This document shows, piece after piece, positions 43,775 to 53,185 of a stretch of 64,000 nt of DNA. This stretch comes from an uncultured Solirubrobacterales bacterium. GTDB taxonomy: Bacteria; Actinomycetota; Thermoleophilia; Solirubrobacterales; Solirubrobacteraceae. The stretch's first letter is position 1. Every line of letters begins with the position of its first letter. The translations under genes were made by a program, and so were the position numbers. The notes under the pieces were generated by a model that was not told where the DNA came from, made no database searches, and was given only the letters and a program-made list of their open reading frames with translations. The stretch spans positions 231,323 to 295,322 of the forward strand of contig CAWGYJ010000008.1 in assembly GCA_963826895.1 (NCBI GenBank). Direction: 5' to 3'.

Positions 43775-44285
43775 GTGACCCAGCCGGTCTTCTACTACGA
43801 CCTCGGCAGCCCCGGCGTGCTACGTGCTCGCGGAGCAGATCGGGGCGGCGTTGCCGCAGGCGGAGTGGGAGCCGGTGCATTTCGGCGTGTCGGAGGAGGT
43901 CGACCGAGGCGCGATCGAGCAGCGCGCCGCAGAGGCCTCACTGCAGCCGCTTCGGTGGCCCGAGCGCTGGCCACCCGACACGCGCGCCGCAATGCTCGCA
44001 GCCACATACGCGAAGCAGATCGGCCGCACGGTCGCGTTCTCGTTCGCGGCCTTCCGCCAGGCGTTCGCCGGCGGGCGGGATCTCGGCGACACGGACACCG
44101 TGCTGATCGCCGCGGCCGCCTGCGAGATGCACCCGAGCGCAGTGCTGAAGGGAATCGAGCTCCGGTCCACCGCGGCCGCGCTCGAGCGTGCCGGCGAGCG
44201 CGCACGGGCGGCGGGCGTCGAACGGGTGCCCGCGATTCAGCTGGACGGGCGCGTGGTCCACTCGCTGGCGGAGGCCTACGCGTGA
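43775..44285 (+). CDS. DsbA/HCCA-isomerase-like thioredoxin-fold protein (frameshift near 43812)
   Basis: FYYDLGSP in one frame continues as CYVLAEQ..WEP..GVERVPAI in the next frame. Confidence 0.75.
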
Positions 44286-44524
44286 GGGCGAACCGGGCGT
44301 TCCGGCTGGTCGTGGCGCGCGAAGGGCTCGAGCCCGCCTTCCTGGCCGACCGCGATCGGCTCGACCGGATCGAGGTGGTGTCGATCGACGACGAGGAGAT
44401 CGTCCTGTACTGGGAGCTGCCGCCCAAGGACGCCGCGAAGCTCGTCCGCGAGCTGCGCGAGGACCTGGTGGCGCTCGACGCGCACGAGTTCGTCGACGCC
44501 TGGCTCGGACGGGACGGCGACTGA
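44282..44524 (+). CDS. Small hypothetical protein
   Basis: GTGA-coupled 80-aa ORF (DRIEVVSIDDEEIVLYWE) that fills the gap in the operon. Confidence 0.7.
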   Translation: MRANRAFRLVVAREGLEPAFLADRDRLDRIEVVSIDDEEIVLYWELPPKDAAKLVRELREDLVALDAHEFVDAWLGRDGD

Positions 44525-44525
44525 C

Positions 44526-45152
44526 GTGTCGCGGGGTGAAGTCGAGATCGTCGAGCCGACCGCCGCCGAGCGTGCGATCGGCCGGCGCGCGGCGGAGTCG
44601 CGGGCGACGATGCCGTTCTACGAGCTCGGGGTCGAGATCGAGATCGGAGCGCGGTCGGGCACGGCGGTGACGCTGCGGGCGGTCGCGCTGGCCCTGCGCG
44701 AGTCGCCGCGGGCGAACGCGGCCTACCGGGACGGGCGGTTCGAGCTGTATTCGCGCGTGAACGTCGCGGTGGTGATGGGCGACGTGGCGCCGACCGTGTT
44801 CGACGCGGACACCAAGTCGATCGAGGAGCTCACCGCCGAACTCGAGCAGCTGGGAGGGCGGGCGGAGCGCGGGGAGCTGACCTCGCCCGAACTCTCGAGC
44901 GCGACGTCGACGTTCGCCGAGCTCGGCCCGCTGGGCATCGACCGGCCGTCGATCGTGCCCGTGATCGGGCAGGCGGTGGCGATTGCGGCCGGGGCGATCC
45001 GAGAGCGCCCGCTCGTGCGTGGGGGAGCTATCGTGCCGGGCCAGACGATGCAGCTGACGCTCGCCTGTGACCACCGGATCCTGTACGGCGCCGCCGCGGC
45101 GGAGTTCGGCACGCGCATCAGGCAGCTGCTCGAGGAGCCCGTGGAGCTGTGA
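44526..45152 (+). CDS. Stand-alone 2-oxoacid dehydrogenase E2 acyltransferase catalytic domain
   Basis: AESRATMPFY, LGPLGID and LTLACDHRILYGAAAAEF; no lipoyl or E3-binding domain. Confidence 0.82.
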   Translation: MSRGEVEIVEPTAAERAIGRRAAESRATMPFYELGVEIEIGARSGTAVTLRAVALALRESPRANAAYRDGRFELYSRVNVAVVMGDVAPTVFDADTKSIEELTAELEQLGGRAERGELTSPELSSATSTFAELGPLGIDRPSIVPVIGQAVAIAAGAIRERPLVRGGAIVPGQTMQLTLACDHRILYGAAAAEFGTRIRQLLEEPVEL

Positions 45153-45970
45153 CCGACACGCTCGATGACGCTGCCCGGCAGATCGCCGAGCAGGGACGCG
45201 ACGCGCTCGTCGAACGCCTGCGTCCGGCGTTCAAGGAGGCAGCGGCAGCGCACAGCGACGTGCTCACGCTCGATGACGAGCAGGTCGAGCGGATGGTGCA
45301 GCGCGCGGCCGACCGCGCCGACGGTCTGCAGTGGCGCCGCGCGCTCGCGTCGGTCGCGAGCGATCAGCTCGGGATCGGGCTCGGAGAGGCGCTCGGCCAC
45401 CCAGCGGTGGCGCGCGCGCAGGCGATCGTCGGGGCGCCGTCGTACGAGGAAGCGCTCGTGGCGGTGTCCGGGGGGAAGACGGCGGAGGCCGGTCCGGTCG
45501 AGCCCGAGGCCCCGGAGCAGCCCGAGAGCTCGGAGGAGCCCGACCCGGTGGGTGAAGCCGAGCCCGAGGAGGTGGATGACGAGCCCGAGGCGCCGCGGGA
45601 GCCTGACGACGAGGACGATTTCGAGGACGAGCGCGAGTTCGGGGAGTCGCCGCCGATCGAGCCCGTCAGCCTGAAGGCCGTGCACCTGGGCGGGATCGCC
45701 AACCTCCGCAACGGGGCGGGCGACATCGAGCTGCGCTTCTCGGAGGCCGGGATCGACCTCACCCGCGGCGACCAGCGGCTCGGCCGGCTTGCGTGGCGTG
45801 AGATCACGGCCGTCGAGACACCGAGCCCCGCCGGGCGGCGCCGGCGGCGCCAGCGCTCGGACGGGACGATCGTGATCCGCAGCGCGAACGGCAGCGCCAC
45901 GTTCGAGATCTCCGGGGTGACGCCCGAAGAGCTGCACGACCACCTCGCGCCGCTGCTGGAGGACCGCTGA
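45149..45970 (+). CDS. Hypothetical protein: helical N-domain, acidic linker, PH-like C-domain
   Basis: GTGA-coupled ORF with an E/P-rich linker and a beta-rich C-terminus (HLGG..LAWREI). The fold call is a guess. Confidence 0.7.
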   Translation: MTDTLDDAARQIAEQGRDALVERLRPAFKEAAAAHSDVLTLDDEQVERMVQRAADRADGLQWRRALASVASDQLGIGLGEALGHPAVARAQAIVGAPSYEEALVAVSGGKTAEAGPVEPEAPEQPESSEEPDPVGEAEPEEVDDEPEAPREPDDEDDFEDEREFGESPPIEPVSLKAVHLGGIANLRNGAGDIELRFSEAGIDLTRGDQRLGRLAWREITAVETPSPAGRRRRRQRSDGTIVIRSANGSATFEISGVTPEELHDHLAPLLEDR

Positions 45971-45972
45971 GC

Positions 45973-46320
45973 ATGCGGCGTGCGTTCGGCCCGATGTTCG
46001 TGTTCGCGGGGGTCATGCACTTCGTGATTCCCGACGTGTACGAATCGATCGTGCCCGACTACCTACCCGCCCACAGGGCGCTCGTGTACGCGAGCGGGAT
46101 CGCGGAGATCGCCGGCGGGCTCGGGTCGATGATCCCGTCGACCCGGCGCCGCGCGCGGCTGCTGAACATCGCGACGCTGCTCGCGGTATTCCCGGCGAAC
46201 GTGCACATGGCCGTACACCCCGAGCAGTACCAGCAGGTGCCCGGCGGCAAGGCCGCGCTGTACGGGCGGCTGCCGGTCCAGGTGCTGTTCCTCGCCTGGG
46301 CGAACGCCGCCGGCCAGTAG
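45973..46320 (+). CDS. DoxX-like membrane protein
   Basis: AGVMHF, SGIAEI, VFPANVHMA and RLPVQ motifs. Confidence 0.85.
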   Translation: MRRAFGPMFVFAGVMHFVIPDVYESIVPDYLPAHRALVYASGIAEIAGGLGSMIPSTRRRARLLNIATLLAVFPANVHMAVHPEQYQQVPGGKAALYGRLPVQVLFLAWANAAGQ

Positions 46321-46327
46321 CGACCGC

Positions 46328-46969
46328 CTACGCGGGCTCGCGCTCGAGCACGCCGATGTCGTGCGCGAGCGACTCCGGGGTCAGCTCTGAGACCGGATAG
46401 CCGATCCGCCAGATGCCGCGCTTGTCGATCAGGAAGACGAACGCGGAATGCTCCTCCTTCGTGCCAACCTGGGGCTGGATGTAGTAGTCGTGCCAGACCT
46501 TCTCCATCACGGACATCGGCCCGTTGAGGAAGTTGAAGCGCCCGGTCAGGTGCATCTTCGCGATGAATTTGCGCCGGTTCGCCGGCGTGTCCTGCTTGGG
46601 GTCGACGCTGAGCGCCATCGCCGGCACGTTGCGCCCGCCGTTCGGCAGGTCGTTCAGCGCGCCGAGGATCTGGTTGGCCATCAGCGGGCACGCGCCCTTG
46701 CACAGCGAGTGCATGAACGTGAGGACGACGACCTGCCCGCGATACTGCGACAGCGTGATCCGCTGCCCGTTCTGGTCGGTGAGCGAGAAGTCCTTCGCCA
46801 CGAGGTGCGGCGGCATCGTCGGGCCCTCGAGCTGGTTGGCGCCGATGGTGGCGTCTTGGTGCCGGGAGCCGCCGCTGCCGCCGAGCAGAACGACGCCGAT
46901 CGCCACGAGCAGCACGAGCAGCACGCCCGCCAGCACTCGCTCGGTGACACGACCGCGGCTAGCCGTCAT
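46328..46969 (-). CDS. SCO1/SenC copper chaperone
   Basis: N-terminal TM; FSLTDQNG, CKGACP, SVDPKQDT and HSAFVFLID motifs. Confidence 0.92.
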   Translation of the reverse strand: MTASRGRVTERVLAGVLLVLLVAIGVVLLGGSGGSRHQDATIGANQLEGPTMPPHLVAKDFSLTDQNGQRITLSQYRGQVVVLTFMHSLCKGACPLMANQILGALNDLPNGGRNVPAMALSVDPKQDTPANRRKFIAKMHLTGRFNFLNGPMSVMEKVWHDYYIQPQVGTKEEHSAFVFLIDKRGIWRIGYPVSELTPESLAHDIGVLEREPA

Positions 46970-47960
46970 CAGCTGGATTGTTGCACCGAGCCGGAGCTCG
47001 GGAGGCGATAGAGCCGCGATCGGCCCCGGAGACCGGCATCCCGCGACACGGCACGGCCGTAGCGCCGGATCCACAGAGCCGCGGGCGTGCACCACTCCTT
47101 CTGCGACGGGTCGCTCGCGCAACTGCGGTCGGCGACGAGCGCGTACCGGACCTGGCCGGCGGCGATATCAGCGCGCAGCTGCGCGACCGTGATCAGCGCG
47201 CGGCCGCCGAAGCTCGGGGTCAGCGGCAGGATCGCGCGACCATCGCGGATGACCAGCGGCGCGAGCTTCAGCGGATCGTCGACCGCGAGCTCGTAGCGGA
47301 TGCCGGCGGTCCTCGGTTCCAGGAGCGAGGACAGGCCCGTGGTCTGTGGGCCGTTCTCGGTGGCGAGGCCGCCGGAGTCGTTCTGGTGCGTCCGCGCCAA
47401 CAGCACCGACTCGTGGACCGGGAACGCGAGCGCCGTGATCAGGATCAGGACGGCCATCGGCCAGCGTGCCGCGGTCGCGCCATGACCGCTGGGCGCCCTG
47501 GCTGCGGTGGCGTGGGCGATCCGCGCCGCGCCGATCGCAGCGATCACGAGCGCGAGCCCACCGGTGGCGATCGAGCCGGGGTGCAGGCCGCCGGCGTACA
47601 GGCAGATGCAGCACCGCCTCGAGCAGCTTGACGTTGAACGCGAGGCGGACCGCGTCGTGGAGCAGCGGCACCGCGAGTGGCCGGCCAGCGCCTCGGGCAG
47701 CTTCAACGCGAACGAGCCCCAGCCGAACGGCTTCACGCTCAGCACCTGCAGCCACAGATCGACATCGACATGCTGCGCACGGCGGCGTCGTAGAACGTGT
47801 TCGCGCCGACGCCGGAGAGCCCGGCGAACCGCAACACGGCCGCGGCCACGGTGATCGCGCCGAGCGTCCACGGCACGAGCCGAGTGACCGGCAGCGGGAC
47901 CGTCCGGGTCTCTCGCGTGCGCCTGGCGGGGAGCGCGGCGACTTCAACTCCGCCGGGCAT
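46969..47960 (-). pseudogene. Remnant of an ArnT/PMT-like (GT-C) glycosyltransferase
   Basis: Fragments in different frames (NTFYDAAVRSMS, WLQVLSVK..LPEALAG, LAFNVKLLE, GQVRYALV) packed into about 1 kb, much shorter than such enzymes normally are. Confidence 0.65.
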
Positions 47961-47979
47961 TGCGGCCATACTGCCAGAG

Positions 47980-48597
47980 ATGACCAAGGCTGCTGTGCTC
48001 GCCGCGAAGCTGCGGGGGCCGGTCGCGGACGAGCGCGTGCTGGCCGCGGTTGCGTCGATTCCGCGGGAGCGGTTCGTGTCGGCTCGGCAGCGCCGCCGCG
48101 CGTATGCGAACGAGGCGCTGCCGATCGACTGCGGCCAGACGATCTCCCAGCCGCTGGTGGTGGCGCGGATGCTCGAGCTGCTCGCGCTCCGCCCGTCCGA
48201 TCGGGTGCTCGACGTCGGGACCGGGTCGGGCTACCACGCCGCGCTGCTGTCGCTGCTGGCAGCCGAGGTGTGGACGATCGAGCGCCACCCCGCGTTGAGC
48301 GCGCGCGCTGCCGATGCAATCGGCGAGCTCGGGATCGACAACGTGTCGTTCATCGTCGGCGACGGCCGCGAGGGGTTCGCGGCGTGCGCGCCGTACGACG
48401 CGATCAACGTCGCGGCCGCGGCCGGCGATTCGGTTCCAGCCGCGCTCGAGGCCCAGCTGGCCGCCGGCGGTCGGCTGGTGGCGCCGGTCGGCGAGCCCGA
48501 GCAGCGTCTCGTGCTGGTGCGGCGCGGGCAAGACGGTGCGCTCGACCGCGCCGAGCTCGAAGGCGTGCGGTTCGTTCCGTTGGTCGCCGACGATTAG
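47980..48597 (+). CDS. pcm: Protein-L-isoaspartate O-methyltransferase
   Basis: PRERFV, GQTISQP, DVGTGSGY, GDG..G..APYDAI and RFVPL motifs. Confidence 0.95.
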   Translation: MTKAAVLAAKLRGPVADERVLAAVASIPRERFVSARQRRRAYANEALPIDCGQTISQPLVVARMLELLALRPSDRVLDVGTGSGYHAALLSLLAAEVWTIERHPALSARAADAIGELGIDNVSFIVGDGREGFAACAPYDAINVAAAAGDSVPAALEAQLAAGGRLVAPVGEPEQRLVLVRRGQDGALDRAELEGVRFVPLVADD

Positions 48598-49340
48598 GCG
48601 CGCCAGGCGATCGCGGCGGCCTCCGAGCGGCTCTTGACCCCGAGCCGCCGGTAACAGTGCTCCAGATGCTTCTGCGCTGTCCGGACGCTGATCCCGAGCC
48701 GCGCGGCGATCTCGTGCTCCGAGGCGCCGCTCGCCAGCAGCTGAAGCGCCTCCGCCTGACGGCGCGTGAGCCCCAGCTCCGCCAGCGCGTGGAGCGACGG
48801 TGGCGTCGGGTCCGTCCTCGCCTGCAGCGCCCGGGTGTACCGGATCGCATTCCGGTAGGCCTGGATCAGGAACGGGCGTGCCGCGTTCAACAGGTCGCGC
48901 TCGCGGCCGGAGAAGTCTCGCTTGCGGCGACCGAGGTGGATCGCGAGGATCCGGCGGTCCTCGCCGCTTTCGAGCGTGAACGCGATCTGGTGCTCGAGGC
49001 CGATGACGCCGTACACGCGCCGGTAGATCTCGAGCTCGTGCAGCTCGTCGGGAGTGACCACGTCCGAGAACCGATAGGCGCGACCGTCGCGGGTGTCGTC
49101 GAAGCGGCGGACGAGTGGGTTCTCGCGCGCGAGCTCGGCGAACGCGCCGAACAGCTCCTGCGGCACCGGCGGGTCGACGATCTCGACGATCGACTGCGGG
49201 TCGGGCCCGACGTCGCTCAGCCCGATCCAGTCCGCGGGCACCACGCGGTGCAGGGCGGCGAGCACGCCGGTGCGGTACTCGCGAAGGTCGAGAAGCTCAG
49301 CCGTGTCGGCGATCAGCTCGAGCAGACGGTTCCGCGGCAT
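48594..49340 (-). CDS. LuxR-family regulator with a GAF-like N-domain
   Basis: C-terminal LTRRQAEAL..IAARLGISVRTAQKHL..LGV HTH. Confidence 0.88.
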   Translation of the reverse strand: MPRNRLLELIADTAELLDLREYRTGVLAALHRVVPADWIGLSDVGPDPQSIVEIVDPPVPQELFGAFAELARENPLVRRFDDTRDGRAYRFSDVVTPDELHELEIYRRVYGVIGLEHQIAFTLESGEDRRILAIHLGRRKRDFSGRERDLLNAARPFLIQAYRNAIRYTRALQARTDPTPPSLHALAELGLTRRQAEALQLLASGASEHEIAARLGISVRTAQKHLEHCYRRLGVKSRSEAAAIAWRA

Positions 49341-49376
49341 CGTCCGTCAGTGTGCAGCACCTACCATCCATCGGGC

Positions 49377-50258
49377 ATGTGGCGAATCGCTCGGCCATTG
49401 GCGCTGGCGGTCGCGGCGGGGTTGATCGCCGCCGGGTGCGGCGGCGCGCGCGCCACCAGCACGACCACCGAGGCGGCCGCAGCGGTCGTGCGCACGTCGT
49501 CGTCGAGCACGAGCTCGAGCACGGTGCCGCGCCGCCGGCACCGCGCGGCTCCGGTCCAGATCGACCCCGGCGGCCCGATGACCAGCGCCTCGCGTCCGCT
49601 CGCGGGCAAGGTCGTCGGCATCGACCCGGGACACAACGGCCGCAACTACACGGACCCGTCCTACCTCAACCACCTGATCTGGAACGGGCGGGAGGAGGAG
49701 GGGTGCGACACCACCGGCACCCAGACCGACTCGGGCTACACCGAGGCGCAGTTCAACTGGAACGTGGCGCGGTACCTGACGGCGGACCTGAAGGCCGAGG
49801 GCGCGAAGGTCGTGCTCACGCGCCACAGCAACGACGGAATCGGCCCGTGCGTGAACACGCGCGCCGAGATCATCAACCGAGCGCACGCGGACGTCGCGAT
49901 CGACATCCACGCCGACGGCGGACCTCCGGGCGGCCGCGGGGTCACGGTGCTCCAACCGGTCGCCGACGGACCGAACGACAAGGTGATCGCGGCCTCGAAG
50001 CGCTTCGGACGCATCCTGCTGGCGCGCTACCGCGCACTCACGCGGATGCCGGACAGCAACTATGACGGGGTCGACGGCTTCCAGCCGCGCGACAACCTTG
50101 CCGGACTGAACCTGACGACCGTGCCGAAGGTGCTGATCGAGTGCGGGAACATGCGCAACGCCACCGACGCGGCGCTGCTCGTGCGGTCCTCCTTCCAGCG
50201 GACCAGCGCGCGCGCGTTCGCGCAGGCGATCACCCAGTTCTTGACCGGGCACCGCTGA
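49377..50258 (+). CDS. N-acetylmuramoyl-L-alanine amidase (Amidase_3) lipoprotein
   Basis: Lipobox IAAGC; IDPGHNG, E, IHAD and LIECGNM motifs. Confidence 0.92.
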   Translation: MWRIARPLALAVAAGLIAAGCGGARATSTTTEAAAAVVRTSSSSTSSSTVPRRRHRAAPVQIDPGGPMTSASRPLAGKVVGIDPGHNGRNYTDPSYLNHLIWNGREEEGCDTTGTQTDSGYTEAQFNWNVARYLTADLKAEGAKVVLTRHSNDGIGPCVNTRAEIINRAHADVAIDIHADGGPPGGRGVTVLQPVADGPNDKVIAASKRFGRILLARYRALTRMPDSNYDGVDGFQPRDNLAGLNLTTVPKVLIECGNMRNATDAALLVRSSFQRTSARAFAQAITQFLTGHR

Positions 50259-51093
50259 GCCGCCCGCGCATCACCTCCACCGCCACCGGGCTCTCGTCGA
50301 TCAGCACGAATCGCCGGCCGAGCTGCTCGCAGACAGCTCCCAGCGTGCCCGAGCCGGCGAACGGATCCAGGCACCAGCCGCCGGGTTTTGACGAGGCCTG
50401 GACGAAGCGTCTGACCACGCCCTCGGGCTTCTGGGACGGGTAGCCGGTCTTCTCAGATCCGTTCGTGGGGACGATCGTGTGGAACCAGACGTCCGTGGGA
50501 CGCTTGCCTCTGGCCGCCTTCTCTGCGGTGACGAGGCCCGGTGCCATGTACGGCTCGCGATCGACCGCCTCGGCGTCGAACCAGTGACTGCCGGGAGTCT
50601 TGACGTAGGCGAGGATCGTGTCGTGCTTGGCGGGCCAGCGGCGGCGCGGCTTGGCGCCGTAGTCGTAGGCCCAGATGATCTCGTTGAGGAACGCGTTGCG
50701 GCCGAAGATCTCGTCGAGCAGCAGCTTGCAGTAATGCGCCTCGCGGTAGTCGATGTGGAAGTACAGCGTGCCGTGGGGCGCGAGCAGGTCTCGCAGGCGG
50801 GCGAGGCGGGGTCCGAGGAAGTCCAGGTAGTCGGCGAACTCGTCGTCGTAGGCGAGTGACCGGAGCAACTTGGTCTCGTAGCGACGACCCCCGAACCCGG
50901 TGCGGTCGCCGTCGGCGCTGGCGGTCGTCGCGAGCGTCCGTCGTGATTGCGCCCGGCCGGTGTTGAACGGCGGGTCGAGGTAGATCAGGTCGAACGTCTG
51001 ATCCGGGAGACGGTTGAGAGCGTCTGCATTGTCGCCGTGGACGATCAGGTCGTCATCGAGCGTGATCGGCTCCCCGGCCGTGTGGACGCGCAT
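50230..51093 (-). CDS. Site-specific DNA amino-methyltransferase (beta class)
   Basis: Motif IV DPPF precedes YPSQKP and motif I DPFAGSGT. Confidence 0.92.
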   Translation of the reverse strand: MRVHTAGEPITLDDDLIVHGDNADALNRLPDQTFDLIYLDPPFNTGRAQSRRTLATTASADGDRTGFGGRRYETKLLRSLAYDDEFADYLDFLGPRLARLRDLLAPHGTLYFHIDYREAHYCKLLLDEIFGRNAFLNEIIWAYDYGAKPRRRWPAKHDTILAYVKTPGSHWFDAEAVDREPYMAPGLVTAEKAARGKRPTDVWFHTIVPTNGSEKTGYPSQKPEGVVRRFVQASSKPGGWCLDPFAGSGTLGAVCEQLGRRFVLIDESPVAVEVMRGRLSGARSRTG

Positions 51094-51148
51094 GATCGCC
51101 GCCAACGGTACTGCTGCCGGGGGGCGGAATCGCGCCGTTCGACGCGAT

Positions 51149-52015
51149 CTAGCGCCGCTGCGCGCGGCGGTCGCGGCGCCAGGTGCGAAGCGCGGCGCGT
51201 GCGAAGCGCACGCCGTAGCCGAAGTTGCCGCCCTTCTTCGTGCCGGTCGCGTGCTTCTCGCGGTCGCGCATCGTGGTCGGCACCTCGGCCAGGCGGAAGC
51301 CGTTCAGCGCGGCGGAGATCATCAGCTCGGACGCCTGGTACTGGGGCTGCTCGAGCGTGATCGCCGCGGTCACGTCCGCGCGCATCGCCCGGAGCCCGCA
51401 GGCCGGGTCGGTGATCGGGTGGCCGACGAGCAGGCTGAAGAGCTTGCCGAACAGGATCACGCCGGCGTGGCGCATACGGTCGGTCGTCAGCTCCGCGCCA
51501 AGGCGGCGCGAGCCCGACACGAAGTCGGCCTCACCCGCGAGGATCGGCGTGATCACGCGCGCGATCTCCTCGGGCTCGTACTGGCCGTCCGCGTCGATCG
51601 TGCAGATCAGCTCCGCGCCACGCGCGCGGGCGAGCGCGTACCCGAGCTTGAGCGCAGCGCCCTGGCCACGGTTGACCGGGACGTCGCACACCAGCGCGCC
51701 CGCACGTGCCGCGGCATCCGCGGTGCCATCGCCTGCGCCGTCGACGATCACGATCGTCTCGCACTCGAGGTCGCGAATCTCGGAGGGGATCTCCGCGACG
51801 ACCTCGCCCACCGTCGGCTCCTCGTTATAGGCGGGGATCACGACGGCGAGCGGCGCCCCGAGTCCCGCAGGATGCTCGGCCAGGAACGCAAGCGCGGCCT
51901 CGCGCTCCGCCGGCTCGAACGCCGGGAGCTGGAGGTCTGTGACGAGCTCGCCGAAGACGGCCAGGTGATCGTCACAGCGCGGCGCCCACGGCGCGCGGAA
52001 GCTCGCGCGCATCAT
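51149..52015 (-). CDS. GT2 polyprenol-phosphate glycosyltransferase-like protein
   Basis: IPAYNEE, NRGQG, DADGQY, GSR and DPACGLR motifs. The start is uncertain. Confidence 0.88.
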   Translation of the reverse strand: MMRASFRAPWAPRCDDHLAVFGELVTDLQLPAFEPAEREAALAFLAEHPAGLGAPLAVVIPAYNEEPTVGEVVAEIPSEIRDLECETIVIVDGAGDGTADAAARAGALVCDVPVNRGQGAALKLGYALARARGAELICTIDADGQYEPEEIARVITPILAGEADFVSGSRRLGAELTTDRMRHAGVILFGKLFSLLVGHPITDPACGLRAMRADVTAAITLEQPQYQASELMISAALNGFRLAEVPTTMRDREKHATGTKKGGNFGYGVRFARAALRTWRRDRRAQRR

Positions 52016-52961
52016 CTTCTCCGACCGTGCCCGACCACTCGTCCCACACGCCGGCCACGCCCTGCTCGAACGAGTAGCGCGGGCGCCAGCCCCGGTCGTG
52101 GGCGCGCGAAGGATCGACGACCACGGCCGGCATCTCGCCGGCCTTGGGCTCGCCGTGGCGAACCGGCAGGGGCGCGCCGCTGATCCGCCGCACCGTGTCG
52201 ACCACGTCGAGCACCGACAACGATGTGCCGGTGCCGATCAGGGTCGGGCCGGTCCAGCGCTCGTCGGCGAGCGCCAGGCGCATCGCCGCGACGACATCGT
52301 GCACGTGCACGTAGTCGCGCAGCTGTCGTCCGTCGCCGTAGATCTCGAATGTGGTGCCGAGCCCGATCGCGCGCATCAGCCGCGCGACGATGCTGTCCTT
52401 GGCCTGCATCCCGGGGCCGTACACGTTCGTCAGCCGTAGGCATGCGCAGCGGACTCCGTAGGCGGCGGTGTATGCGGACATCAGCATCTCCCCGGCGGCC
52501 TTGGTCGCGCCGTACGGGGTGAGCGGCGCGAGCGGCGTGCTCTCGGTGATCACGGGAGCGTCGGTGGGGCCGGTGATCGCGCCACCGGTCGACGCGAACG
52601 CGATCGAGGAGACGCCGGTCTCGCGAGCGCGCTCGAGCAGTAGCGCGGTGCCCGTGACGTTCGTGCGATGGGTCAGCTCGGGGTGCTCGACCGACCGCAG
52701 CACGGACGTCACCGCGGCGAGGTGGACGATCGAGTCGAAGCGGCCGTCGAGCGCGCGCTCGACGACATCAGGGTCGGCGATGTCGCCACGAACGATCTCG
52801 ACGCTCGGATCCGGATGCGGCTCGAGGTCGAGCACGCGAACGTGTGCGCCCGCCGCGGACATCGCCGCGACGACATGGCGACCGATGAAGCCCGATCCTC
52901 CCGTCACCAGAACCCGGCCGGGGGCGCCGTTTACGGGCGCGAGTGGTCTCACGTTCGACAT
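51972..52961 (-). CDS. NAD-dependent epimerase/dehydratase
   Basis: TGGSGFIG, HLAA, YGATK, NVYGP and RDYVHV motifs. Confidence 0.92.
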   Translation of the reverse strand: MSNVRPLAPVNGAPGRVLVTGGSGFIGRHVVAAMSAAGAHVRVLDLEPHPDPSVEIVRGDIADPDVVERALDGRFDSIVHLAAVTSVLRSVEHPELTHRTNVTGTALLLERARETGVSSIAFASTGGAITGPTDAPVITESTPLAPLTPYGATKAAGEMLMSAYTAAYGVRCACLRLTNVYGPGMQAKDSIVARLMRAIGLGTTFEIYGDGRQLRDYVHVHDVVAAMRLALADERWTGPTLIGTGTSLSVLDVVDTVRRISGAPLPVRHGEPKAGEMPAVVVDPSRAHDRGWRPRYSFEQGVAGVWDEWSGTVGEDDARELPRAVGAAL

Positions 52962-53185
52962 TCCACGTACCCATCTACCCCCAGAACCACACTTTGCATA
53001 CGAAGCTCCGGTTTGATTCAGGTCCCTTCCAGATCCGCGATGCGCGTGGCCAAGCGCAGCGGGCACGGGTCGGCTTGTTGTGAATCGCAGACCAGCGAGC
53101 ACACGACAATAGCCGACCGGCCGTTATTACATAGGCCGCGAGGGCGCGATCGTTACGCAAGTCTTATGTCGCCATACTCGCCGTA

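Noticed and set aside
47466-50258. 930-aa ORF, and the 843-aa ORF at 12405, as large fusion proteins
   Set aside because: Only the 3' parts are real genes (amidase from 49377; membrane protein from 13368). The upstream parts overlap other genes out of frame.
52962-53185. Riboswitch in the lower-GC region between the epimerase and the transglycosylase
   Set aside because: No recognisable c-di-AMP, c-di-GMP, TPP, SAM or cobalamin consensus; consistent with divergent promoters.
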